From Dehalococcoidia bacterium (GTDB lineage: Bacteria > Chloroflexota > Dehalococcoidia > GIF9 > AB-539-J10): a DNA stretch of 35,401 nt. Location of the stretch: contig PWUO01000073.1 in assembly GCA_003562555.1 (NCBI GenBank), forward strand, positions 1-35,401. Direction: 5' to 3'. The position numbers were made by a program, and so were the translations under genes. A model generated the notes under the pieces. The model ran no database searches and was not told the origin of the DNA. It worked only from the letters and a program-made list of their open reading frames with translations. This document shows, piece by piece, positions 16,990-25,093 of this stretch. Within the stretch, counting starts at the first letter, position 1. Each line of letters opens with the position of its first letter.

Positions 16990-17385
16990 TCACTGCCCCT
17001 GCGCAAGCTCAAGGCGTGCAAGCAGGTCGAGGCGCGGAGGCGAGAAGATCTCGATGACCTTGCACCCCGACTCATGCGTGTACGAGCCGTGCGCTGAGCC
17101 GGACGGGACAGTCATTATGTCGCCCGCCTTGATCCGATACAGCTTGCCATCCAGGATTTCGTCGCGTTCGCCCTCCAGCACGATCACGATCTCCTCGGGC
17201 TCGTGACTGTGCACCTTGAATGCACAGTGTGGATCCTGCACGATGAAACTGACCGTCATGTTCTCGGACCCGTAGAGGTGCGCAAGCGCTCCCGGGCCAA
17301 GCTGTATCTGAGGCAGTCCCCAGCAACGCTTCACGCGCTGCATTTCTTCCTCGGTTGCCCGTGTCTCAATAGGCTCCGACATCAT
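16990..17385 (-). CDS. Cupin domain-containing protein
   Basis: Cupin motifs are HSHEPEEIVIVLEG (motif 1) and GDIMTVPSGSAHGSY (motif 2). RBS GGAGGGAG. Confidence 0.85.
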   Translation of the reverse strand: MMSEPIETRATEEEMQRVKRCWGLPQIQLGPGALAHLYGSENMTVSFIVQDPHCAFKVHSHEPEEIVIVLEGERDEILDGKLYRIKAGDIMTVPSGSAHGSYTHESGCKVIEIFSPPRLDLLARLELAQGQ

Positions 17386-17502
17386 TCTCCCTCCAATTGC
17401 ATTCGATAGTTACCCTTCATAGTACACCGGAGCAGTTCTCCTGCACAGTCATGGAATGCACACAAGGCAGGCCACGTTCTTCATTCCCTTCGATATGGCA
17501 GT

Positions 17503-17955
17503 CTATAATGCGAGGATGCATATAGACGCGATTTGCCCTGTGTGACCACTGACTGGCGGCTGCAAGCCCACCTGGCCGCTGAATCCTCTCCGTTTCACAC
17601 AGCTTCGGAATCGCGACTCGACATTCGCCTCAATGGGCTCGTTGCCTGACGAGCCTTCCGCATAACCGTGCTCGTATCCCTCGCGAAACCCAAGTCCGTA
17701 GCAATCCTGACACACCTCTGCCGTCTGCCGCTCTTCACCGGACTGCAATCCTTCCTCGAATCCAAGGTCGTACGCCTCCTCGAATGAATCACGTGCTTCC
17801 TGCCGGGCCACCGCAAGTCCATCGGCGTACCCACGTTCATACGCCTCATCGATCGCTCGCGTGTCGGAAGCGCAGCTACAAAGCGGGCCGCTCAGAGCCA
17901 TCACGATCAGGAGGATTCCTGCAAGCCCGATTATGGGTCTCAAGGAACGTCTCAC
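17503..17955 (-). CDS. Hypothetical secreted or lipoprotein with repeated (E/D)xxYxxG(Y/F)xxG motifs
   Basis: The GTG at 17955 overlaps the stop of the flavodoxin-like gene (GTGA). Signal peptide RRSLRPIIGLAGILLIVMALSGPLCSC. Repeats: EAYERGYADGL, EAYDLGFEEGL, GLGFREGYEHGYAEG. Confidence 0.6.
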   Translation of the reverse strand: MRRSLRPIIGLAGILLIVMALSGPLCSCASDTRAIDEAYERGYADGLAVARQEARDSFEEAYDLGFEEGLQSGEERQTAEVCQDCYGLGFREGYEHGYAEGSSGNEPIEANVESRFRSCVKRRGFSGQVGLQPPVSGHTGQIASICILAL

Positions 17956-18722
17956 AGGCCTGAGGCCTGTTCCGGTTCTCCCGCGTAGCAGCCAGGCGTG
18001 CGCCCGGCCTGACACCCCATCCGCCGCTCGAAGGCGCTGTTCATCATCAGGACGAAATCCTCCTGCGACATCAGCGGCTGTCGGATCGCCCGCAGCGTTT
18101 CCTCAGTCATTACACCATCCCGTACCAACTCCAGCCCGGCTGTCCGCGCGGCATCGAGGGTGCTCCGGACATCGATACCATTGGCCTGCATGAATCGCAG
18201 TGCCAGCCCATGCGGCCGCAGCAGAGCGCCTGCGAAGCGCCTATGGTGCGACCAACTCAGGTCCTCCACCTGGCTCACCAGGGGCGCGAAGGCGACCTCC
18301 TCGTAGTAGCCACATGTGGAGATAAGCACCACCGCTTTCCTGGGTGCGTACGGAGCGGCCACGTGCCGCGTGCGGGAATTATGAACCTCGTAACAAGGTG
18401 AGAGCAGTCGCACCGTGCGCTCCATAACGCGCACCATCTGTTGCGTCATCCCCCCTACATGGACAGGCGTGGAGAGCACCCAGACGTCAGCCCCGGCCAT
18501 ACGATCGACCAAACCCGTCACATCATCTTCGTGTACGCACACTCCAGGCGTCCGGTACCAGCAGACCATTCTGCTGCAACACGTCTCCGCACGAAGGGAG
18601 GTCACCCGGACTTTCTCGATCTCGGCCCCGGCCTCACGAGCTCCGGAGATGAACTCGTTGAGCAGCAGCGCAGTATTTCCCTTCTCCCCATGCGGGCTGC
18701 CATCAATCGCAACTATCTTCAT
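17952..18722 (-). CDS. Flavodoxin-like fold / NAD(P)H-dependent FMN reductase family protein (iron-sulfur-flavoprotein-like)
   Basis: MKIVAIDGSPHGEKGNTALLL... is the N-terminal FMN-binding loop. The Cys-rich segment ETCCSRMVCWYRTPGVCVHEDD and ADVWVLSTPVH are typical of the family. Confidence 0.8.
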   Translation of the reverse strand: MKIVAIDGSPHGEKGNTALLLNEFISGAREAGAEIEKVRVTSLRAETCCSRMVCWYRTPGVCVHEDDVTGLVDRMAGADVWVLSTPVHVGGMTQQMVRVMERTVRLLSPCYEVHNSRTRHVAAPYAPRKAVVLISTCGYYEEVAFAPLVSQVEDLSWSHHRRFAGALLRPHGLALRFMQANGIDVRSTLDAARTAGLELVRDGVMTEETLRAIRQPLMSQEDFVLMMNSAFERRMGCQAGRTPGCYAGEPEQASGL

Positions 18723-18831
18723 GGGTCCATATGGTACAACGCCTCAATGCGGAGAACCCAATAACCATCAGCGTTGCGTTCACAATCCTCACCCTGCATA
18801 ATCCGGACACAGAAGATGGAGGGGGTTGCGC

Positions 18832-18978
18832 ATGTCAAACACGACTATCGGCATCGTAATGCTCGTTCTTGGAATAGCCGTTCTCATCTGGTCATCACTG
18901 GCCGACATCATTATTGGAGTTGGCCTGATTGTCGGCGCTGTGCTGCTGCTTACGGGCAAGTTCAGGGTGATGAGGTAG
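18832..18978 (+). CDS. Possible 48-aa two-TM membrane peptide
   Basis: My own translation gives MSNTTIGIVMLVLGIAVLIWSSLADIIIGVGLIVGAVLLLTGKFRVMR*. A strong RBS GGAGGGGG lies 7 nt upstream. It is below the ORF-track cut-off. Confidence 0.45.
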   Translation: MSNTTIGIVMLVLGIAVLIWSSLADIIIGVGLIVGAVLLLTGKFRVMR

Positions 18979-19060
18979 CGTCCCCGCGCCTCACTAAGAA
19001 GACGACGCACCGGTGAGATGGACTAACTGACGTCAACTCTCTGCGAGGAGGTTTCGACTC

Positions 19061-20029
19061 GTGCGTACACTCGTGACAGGCGGTACAGGCTATATAGGTG
19101 CAGAACTCGTCCGCTCGTTGCTCAATGACGGCCACGAGGTGGTGACCTTCGGACCTTCCTCGAACACGAACCGCATCGCAGATATCGCCAGCGATATCAC
19201 CATCGTGCGCGGCACGCTGGCACACTCCGCAGAGACCTTCAACGTCGTCAAAGACCAGCGAATCGAGCGCATCTTCCATCTTGGCTCGATGCTGAGTACG
19301 CCGTCTCAGGCGAATCCGTGGGCTTCGTTCCAGGTGAACGTAGTCGGTACGATGAACGTATTCGAGGCCGCACGACTGTTCGACGTACCGCAGGTCATCT
19401 TCTCGAGCACGATAGGCACGTTCGCCATCGGTGCCGGCCGGATCGCCACGGACTTCACGATCCAGCGTCCCACCACCATGTACGGAGCAGGCAAGCTGTA
19501 TTGCGAATGCCTCGGGCGGTTCTATAAGAATCGATTCGGGTTGGATTACCGCGCGATCCGGTTTCCCTCGGTCATCGGTCCAGGGACGACACAACGAACC
19601 GTCGCACAGTACAACTCGTGGATGATCGAGTATCCCACCCTTGAGAAGCCATTCGAGTGTTTCGTCACTCCTGAGACGAAAGGACCGGGCATGTACTTCA
19701 AGGATGCGATCAAGTCCCTGCGAATGCTCGCCGAAGCTCCGCTGGAATGCATTGAAACCTTGAACTACAACATCGGTGGTCTCAACCCGACACCGACTGC
19801 CTCGCAGGTCGAAGCTGCAGTGCGCAGGCACATACCAGACGCCGCCATCACGTACAATCCCGACCCGCTGATCATGCAGTATTACGCCAGCGCGCAGGTG
19901 GAGGTATTTGACGACTCCTGCGCCAGGCAGGAGTGGAATTGGGCGCCAGAGTTCGACAGGCTCGACGCGATCGTATCAGACTTCATCAACGAAGTACGTA
20001 CGAGCCCGGAGAAGTACGGTCTTGGGTGA
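19061..20029 (+). CDS. NAD-dependent epimerase/dehydratase family (extended SDR; L-threonine 3-dehydrogenase-like)
   Basis: TGGTGYIGAELV Rossmann motif. Catalytic YGAGK is followed by ...GLDYRAIRFPSVIGPG, as in extended-SDR TDH-like enzymes. GTG start with GAGGAGG upstream. Confidence 0.88.
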   Translation: MRTLVTGGTGYIGAELVRSLLNDGHEVVTFGPSSNTNRIADIASDITIVRGTLAHSAETFNVVKDQRIERIFHLGSMLSTPSQANPWASFQVNVVGTMNVFEAARLFDVPQVIFSSTIGTFAIGAGRIATDFTIQRPTTMYGAGKLYCECLGRFYKNRFGLDYRAIRFPSVIGPGTTQRTVAQYNSWMIEYPTLEKPFECFVTPETKGPGMYFKDAIKSLRMLAEAPLECIETLNYNIGGLNPTPTASQVEAAVRRHIPDAAITYNPDPLIMQYYASAQVEVFDDSCARQEWNWAPEFDRLDAIVSDFINEVRTSPEKYGLG

Positions 20030-20098
20030 TCGTTCGGACTCCACTCAGCACATTCGATACGCATCCCACAGCGGCGTCGTATCCGAATACACGCGATC

Positions 20099-21442
20099 TC
20101 ACATTCGCAGAAGAAGGTGAGCGACCGTGAAGTAGACCATGACGCCGGAGATATCCATCACGGTGGTGACCAGTGGTGCGGACACGAGGGCAGGGTCCAC
20201 CTTCGAGAGGCGAAACAGGAAGGGCAGGGCACTGCCCACCGCAGTTGCCAGAATGGCGACCGACACAAGCGTGAGCGCAACTACCAGCGATACCTGCGGA
20301 TTGCGTCCAAGCCAGAAGGCCCACAACAACACCGCCAGACCAAGCAGGATTCCCAGAAGCAAACCCACGGTCACCTCTCGACCGATAATCGACAACGCTC
20401 TTCGCGGACGTATCTCACCGGTCGCCAATCCTCTGATCACCACTGTGGCCGATTGTGCCCCGATGTTGCCGCCCGTACCAATGAGGAGTGGAATGAACGC
20501 AGCAAGCAGCACGACCTCGGCGAGCAGCGCCTCCTGACCGGCTATGATCGATGCAGTGGCAGTATTCACAACCAGCAGCAACAGCAGCCATGATATCCGA
20601 CGGCGCGCCACGTTGAACACGCGCGTCGTGAAGTACCCCCGTTCGGTTCCCTGCACCGCGCCGAAGCGGTAGATATCCTCCGTGACCTCTTCCTCCATGA
20701 TGTCCGCCACGTCATCCTGTGTGATGATTCCCACAAGCCGTTCCTCGCGGTCAACCACGGGCACGGCGAGAAGTTCGTTCTCACGCAGGACCTTGGCCGC
20801 CTCTTCCCGGTCGCTGTGCGTGAATACCCGCTTCGGGTTGGGCTGCGCGATATCTCCAACCCGGCTGTCAGGGCTGGCCAGCACCAGTTCCTTGAGGGAC
20901 ACGGTTCCCTCGAGATGCCGCCGTGGGTCAATCACGTAACACACGTAGATCGTCTCTGTATCAACCGCCAGCCGCCGTATCCGCTCCATCGCCTGCGCTA
21001 CTGTCATATTGCTGCGCAGATCAACGAAGTACGGCGTCATCTCGCGTCCGGCGCTGTTCTCCTCATAGCCAAGCAGTTGCAACGTAACCTGACGCTGTTC
21101 AGGAGAGAGGAATCCGAGTATCCTGCGAGTGACGGATGCGGGCACCTCCTCCAGTAGTTCGGTGCGATCATCCGGGGACATCGCCTCGAGGAGTTGACTC
21201 ACCGCTCGATGGGTCATCGACTGCAGCAGGCGGTGCTGCGCGGGCCCGTCGAAATCGTCGAAGACCTCAACCGCGATGTCCTTCGGCAGAAGGCGGAACG
21301 CGAGGGCCATCTCCTCCTCGGATACCGACTCAAGCAGAATGGCGATGTCCAGGGGCTCCATGACCATCAGCCGTTCACGAAGGGTCTTCAGGTTTCTGGA
21401 CTCGACCAGTTCCTCAAATGCCTTCTCGTCCAGCGTCTCCAT
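20099..21442 (-). CDS. mgtE: Magnesium transporter MgtE (copy 1)
   Basis: N-domain, tandem CBS domains and the TM domain with FIPLLIGTGGNIGAQSATVVIRGLATGEI and DPALVSAPLVTTVMDISGVMVYF. Length is 447 aa. Confidence 0.95.
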   Translation of the reverse strand: METLDEKAFEELVESRNLKTLRERLMVMEPLDIAILLESVSEEEMALAFRLLPKDIAVEVFDDFDGPAQHRLLQSMTHRAVSQLLEAMSPDDRTELLEEVPASVTRRILGFLSPEQRQVTLQLLGYEENSAGREMTPYFVDLRSNMTVAQAMERIRRLAVDTETIYVCYVIDPRRHLEGTVSLKELVLASPDSRVGDIAQPNPKRVFTHSDREEAAKVLRENELLAVPVVDREERLVGIITQDDVADIMEEEVTEDIYRFGAVQGTERGYFTTRVFNVARRRISWLLLLLVVNTATASIIAGQEALLAEVVLLAAFIPLLIGTGGNIGAQSATVVIRGLATGEIRPRRALSIIGREVTVGLLLGILLGLAVLLWAFWLGRNPQVSLVVALTLVSVAILATAVGSALPFLFRLSKVDPALVSAPLVTTVMDISGVMVYFTVAHLLLRM

Positions 21443-21742
21443 GCATCAACTCCCGCTTGCGTCCATAGCTACAAAAGAAATCGCCACCCGTTCCGGCAGG
21501 GTGGCGATCAACGCGGTATGCCTTCCGGAGTGCCTTACGGCACCTCCCCGTGTGCCGCGGCGACACGGCATTTTGCCCAAAGGCCATCGCCATGGCACAA
21601 CATCGGCACATGCGCTATCGCACTTGCGCGTGTACGCAAACCTGCTTCGGAACGGTCGCCTTGTTCGCTGTCAGATTCCATAGGGTCCAACCACCAGCCC
21701 TGTTGCTCCCTCTCCCCGAGACTCGAACACCACCGGCAGTCC
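21443..21742 (-). promoter_or_regulatory. 5' leader of mgtE copy 1 ending in an intrinsic terminator; candidate Mg2+-responsive (M-box-like) riboswitch or attenuator
   Basis: About 300 nt lie between the predicted +1 and the ATG. On the minus strand there is a GNRA-capped hairpin GGAGGUGCC-GUAA-GGCACUCC (21527-21547). Next comes the terminator stem AUCGCCACCC/GGGUGGCGAU (21480-21508) followed by UUUCUUUUGU (21471-21479), ending 28 nt before the start codon. The class assignment is not verified. Confidence 0.45.
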
Positions 21743-21748
21743 GTGGGC

Positions 21749-21777
21749 ATTGTATGCCCTCAAAGTGCGTTGGTCAA
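21749..21777 (-). promoter_or_regulatory. Sigma70-type promoter of mgtE copy 1 (TTGACC-17-TACAAT on the minus strand)
   Basis: Plus-strand GGTCAA at 21772-21777 and ATTGTA at 21749-21754. The same two hexamers are conserved upstream of copy 2, while the flanks have diverged. Confidence 0.55.
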
Positions 21778-21932
21778 CGGATTTCAAGATCGACTCCGGT
21801 CAGTCCCAGGAAAGCCCTATCGGTCCGGCAAGAAGTCTCGTGATTCAGAACGTCGTCCACCAGGGTTGGGTGAGGTTCACAGACATATTGTCCTTCGGCC
21901 ATCATGCACACACGACACCATGCTATGCCGTG

Positions 21933-23276
21933 TCACGTGAAAAGAATGATGTGGGCGACCGAGAAATACAACACGACGCCCGCTATGTCCATCACCGTAG
22001 TGATGAGAGGTGCGGATACCAGCGCGGGGTCTATCTTCGACAAACGAAACGCGAACGGCATCGCACTCCCGATGGTAGTGGCCAGCGTCGCCACGCCAAG
22101 AAGCGTCAACGAGACAATCATCGAGACCTGCGCGTCACGCCCAAGCCAATACGCCCACGCCAGAACCGCCAGGCCGAGCAGTAACCCCAGCAGAAGTCCC
22201 ACACTCACTTCCCGGCCCACGATCCACAACGCCCGACGTGGCCGTATCTCCCCCGTGGCAAGACCTCTTATGACAACAGTGGCCGATTGTGCCCCGATGT
22301 TCCCGCCGGTGTCTATAAGCAGTGGAATGAACGCGGCAAGAAGCACCACCTCAGCGAGCAGTGCTTCCTGAGCAGCAATTACCGATGCCGTAGCCGTGTT
22401 CGCGACCAGCAGGAGGAGAAGCCAGGACATACGGCGGCGGGCCACACTGGTGATTCGCGTCGTGAAGTAGCTGCGCTCCGTTCCCTGGACCGCACCGAAC
22501 CGATAGATGTCCTCGGTCACCTCTTCTTCTACAATGTCGGCCACATCGTCCTGCGTGATGATGCCAACCAGCCGTTCCTCGCTGTCGACAACCGGGACTG
22601 CCAGCAGCCGGTACTCTCGAAGCTCCCTCGCGGCTTCTTCACGATCGCTGTGCGTAAACACCTTCCTGGGATCCGGCCGCGCAATATCCCCGATTCTGGC
22701 GTCCGGATTGGCGAGCACAAGACTCTTGAGGGTCACAGTACCCTTCAAGTGCCGCTGAGGGTCTATCACATAACACTCATAGATCGTTTCTCGGTCCACT
22801 GAGAGCAGCCGGATTCGGTCCATTGCCTGAGTGACCGTCATGTCGCTGTGCAGATCGACGAAGTACGGCGTCATCTCACGGCCGGCGCTGTTCTCCTCAT
22901 AGCCAAGCAGTTGCAGGGTTATCTGGCGTTGCTCAGGAGACAGAAGCCCCAATAGTCTGCGAGCAACGGATGCGGGCACCTCGTCAAGCAGTTCAGCCCT
23001 GTCGTCCGGCGACATCGCCTCAAGCAACTGACTCGCAGATCGGTTGGCCATTGACCCCAGAAGTCGATGCTGAGTGGGGCCATCGAAATCGTCGAAGACC
23101 TCAACCGCGATGTCCTTCGGCAGCAGGCGGAACGCCAGAGCCATCTCCTCCTCGGGTACTGACTCAAGCAGAATAGCGATGTCCAGAGGCTCCATGACCG
23201 TCAGCCGTTCACGAAGCACCTTGAGATTACGACTCTCAATGAGTTCTTCAAATGCTTTTTCGTCCAGTCGTTCCAT
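21933..23276 (-). CDS. mgtE: Magnesium transporter MgtE (copy 2, tandem paralogue)
   Basis: The internal ATG at 23276 (MERLDEKAFEEL...) aligns with the start of copy 1 and is preceded by GGGAGA. The upstream 55 codons of ORF 21933..23441 have no counterpart in copy 1 and lie in the leader. The same domain motifs are present (IPLLIDTGGNIGAQS; TTVMDIAGVVLYF). Confidence 0.93.
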   Translation of the reverse strand: MERLDEKAFEELIESRNLKVLRERLTVMEPLDIAILLESVPEEEMALAFRLLPKDIAVEVFDDFDGPTQHRLLGSMANRSASQLLEAMSPDDRAELLDEVPASVARRLLGLLSPEQRQITLQLLGYEENSAGREMTPYFVDLHSDMTVTQAMDRIRLLSVDRETIYECYVIDPQRHLKGTVTLKSLVLANPDARIGDIARPDPRKVFTHSDREEAARELREYRLLAVPVVDSEERLVGIITQDDVADIVEEEVTEDIYRFGAVQGTERSYFTTRITSVARRRMSWLLLLLVANTATASVIAAQEALLAEVVLLAAFIPLLIDTGGNIGAQSATVVIRGLATGEIRPRRALWIVGREVSVGLLLGLLLGLAVLAWAYWLGRDAQVSMIVSLTLLGVATLATTIGSAMPFAFRLSKIDPALVSAPLITTVMDIAGVVLYFSVAHIILFT

Positions 23277-23620
23277 CGCTTGAGTCTCCCGTCCAGCGTC
23301 AGTCAAGGTGACGCGCTCAGCACCCGATACACCTCCCGCCGGAATGCCCAAAAAGAAGTCGCCATCCCGACACGACCAGGATGGCGACTGGAGCGTGATG
23401 CTCCCAGAACGCCCTAGGGCACCCCCAGAGGAACGAGACACGTATCCGTCAGCGTGCGACTCAATCCGAGGACACGTGTCTCAGAACGCTCCGAGATCAC
23501 ACAGATTCCCGGTCGATTCAGCTTACGATTTCCGTCTTGGTCAGTATCTTCGTTCATACAGCTGTCGGCCTCTCGGAACCTTCCGCCGCCATGCAACGCA
23601 ACGCAACCTGAGAGATCCCA
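23277..23620 (-). promoter_or_regulatory. 5' leader of mgtE copy 2 ending in an intrinsic terminator; candidate Mg2+-responsive (M-box-like) riboswitch or attenuator
   Basis: On the minus strand, terminator stem GUCGCCAUCC/GGAUGGCGAC (23358-23388) followed by UUCUUUUUGG (23348-23357), about 70 nt before the ATG. Upstream words GAGAGGCC..CUGUAUGAA..GAUACUGACCAAGACGG..AUCGACCGGGAAUC (about 23491-23580) resemble remembered M-box words. This is not verified. Confidence 0.45.
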
Positions 23621-23626
23621 CACGGC

Positions 23627-23656
23627 ATTGTAACGACACGACTTCAGGGGGGTCAA
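23627..23656 (-). promoter_or_regulatory. Sigma70-type promoter of mgtE copy 2 (TTGACC-18-TACAAT on the minus strand)
   Basis: Plus-strand GGTCAA at 23651-23656 and ATTGTA at 23627-23632. Confidence 0.55.
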
Positions 23657-23852
23657 CGTAGCTGGTCCTGACACCTCACGGCAGCTAAAGGACAGCACAG
23701 TACTCCCAGGATGCAGCATTCCACAGTCATTGACGGGACCTGACGAGATGCCTACACTGAGCATCGCCTACGAGACCAGCCGTTCACCACATGTCCCACG
23801 ATGAGTGAGCTCGCTCGGAGGGCAGCGTAACTACTCGGAAAGGAGACCTGCC

Positions 23853-24638
23853 ATGAGTGCGCAGAGATTTCGCGATAAGGTCATCATCGTCACAGGGGGA
23901 GGCTCGGGACTTGGCGAAGATTACTGTCGTGGCTTCGTTGCGGAGGGGGGTAAGGTCGTGTGTGCTGACATAGACGAGTCGGCAGCCAAACGAACTGTGA
24001 CGTCCCTGCAGGAGACCGGCAGAAAGTCCATTGCGGTCGCATGCGATGTCACCAGTACTTACGATGTCGAACGCATGGTAGAAGAGGCCCTCCACACGTA
24101 CGGTCGAATCGACGCCCTGGTGAACAATGCGGGCGTGATCCGGCGTCGTAGCCTCGTCGGAACAACGGATGAAGACTGGGACAGGGAAATCAACACCGAT
24201 CTAAAGGGCCCGTTCGTCTGTGCCCGGGCCGTTGTGCCTCACATGATCGATCGCGGCTACGGCAAGATCGTGAACATCTCATCGGTGGCGGGCATCATTG
24301 GCTGTATCTCAACCGCGTACTCGGCTTCAAAAGCGGGGGTCAACGGACTGACGAGGCAGTGGGCACTGGAACTTGCACCCTACGGCATTCGCGTCAATAG
24401 CGTGGCACCGGGCTATACGGCAACGCCGATCAACGAGAAGCTGCGAAAGTCTCCCGCCGCCAAACGCATAGGCGAGACCATCCCCCTCGGCTGGGGCAAA
24501 CCGGCAGACATAACTGCCGCCGTGCTGTTTCTCAGTGCAGGTGAGTCCGACTACATCACCGGTCAGACGCTCGCCGTGGATGGAGGTCTCACCACAACCG
24601 CTGACATGGGACCGGAGTACCGGAACTTTGACCGGTGA
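23853..24638 (+). CDS. Short-chain dehydrogenase/reductase (classical SDR, FabG-like)
   Basis: The internal ATG at 23853 is preceded by AAAGGAGA. TGGGSGLG cofactor motif, NNAG, catalytic S...YSASK, and PGYTATP. Confidence 0.9.
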   Translation: MSAQRFRDKVIIVTGGGSGLGEDYCRGFVAEGGKVVCADIDESAAKRTVTSLQETGRKSIAVACDVTSTYDVERMVEEALHTYGRIDALVNNAGVIRRRSLVGTTDEDWDREINTDLKGPFVCARAVVPHMIDRGYGKIVNISSVAGIIGCISTAYSASKAGVNGLTRQWALELAPYGIRVNSVAPGYTATPINEKLRKSPAAKRIGETIPLGWGKPADITAAVLFLSAGESDYITGQTLAVDGGLTTTADMGPEYRNFDR

Positions 24639-24674
24639 AAGAGACCTAATCCGAAAGGCGCGGACTGCAAGAGA

Positions 24675-25076
24675 TCATACACCAGCGACTGCGCTGCGCG
24701 CCTGGGCTAACAGGTCGAAGAGATAACGCCACTCTTCCTCCGAGATTTCCTTCTGGAACGGCCTTGGCAACCCGAGGGCGTAGCCGAGCGGTCTGCTTTG
24801 CCCCACGGAGGCGTGCACCCACTCATCAGGGTCACGCTCGGGCTGTGCCGCAAGCACCACCGTCATGCCCATGGCTTTGTCCCGGCGAAAACGCACACCG
24901 GAAAAAACCACCTGGCTTCCCTGGCGGTCAGGCATGGCGAAATCTATCCACCCCTCTCTGTCCATGGATTCCGGTTCAGTCACTACGGTGTCGGGCCACG
25001 TCGCGATAATCCGCTCATGCAGCATCGTCAGCATGGAATACAGAGGATCTCTACACTTCGAAATACACTTGCTCAT
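24675..25076 (-). CDS. Hypothetical protein (133 aa), probably co-transcribed with the M20 peptidase
   Basis: The internal ATG at 25076 is preceded by a strong AAGGAGA, 17 nt after the peptidase stop. No recognisable motifs. Confidence 0.55.
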   Translation of the reverse strand: MSKCISKCRDPLYSMLTMLHERIIATWPDTVVTEPESMDREGWIDFAMPDRQGSQVVFSGVRFRRDKAMGMTVVLAAQPERDPDEWVHASVGQSRPLGYALGLPRPFQKEISEEEWRYLFDLLAQARSAVAGV

Positions 25077-25093
25077 TTCACCATTCTCCTTGT

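Noticed and set aside
21710-21740. tRNA-like T-loop word GGTGTTCGAGTCTCGG on the minus strand.
   Set aside because: The flanking bases do not form a T-stem, acceptor stem or anticodon arm. It lies inside the mgtE leader.
21767-21877. M-box-like words on the plus strand: GGTCAACGG at 21772-21780, GGGTGAGGTT at 21868-21877 and GGGTCAACG at 23650-23658.
   Set aside because: They are on the wrong strand for mgtE and in the wrong order for an M-box. The GGTCAA words are simply the reverse complement of the -35 hexamer TTGACC.
21194-21940. 248-aa plus-strand ORF, plus other ORFs, spanning the mgtE copy 1 leader. The equivalent for copy 2 is the N-terminal 55-codon extension of ORF 21933..23441.
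   Set aside because: The composition looks like non-coding sequence and no RBS is present. The region is better explained as promoter, leader and terminator. The two MgtE proteins align from METLDEK/MERLDEK onward.
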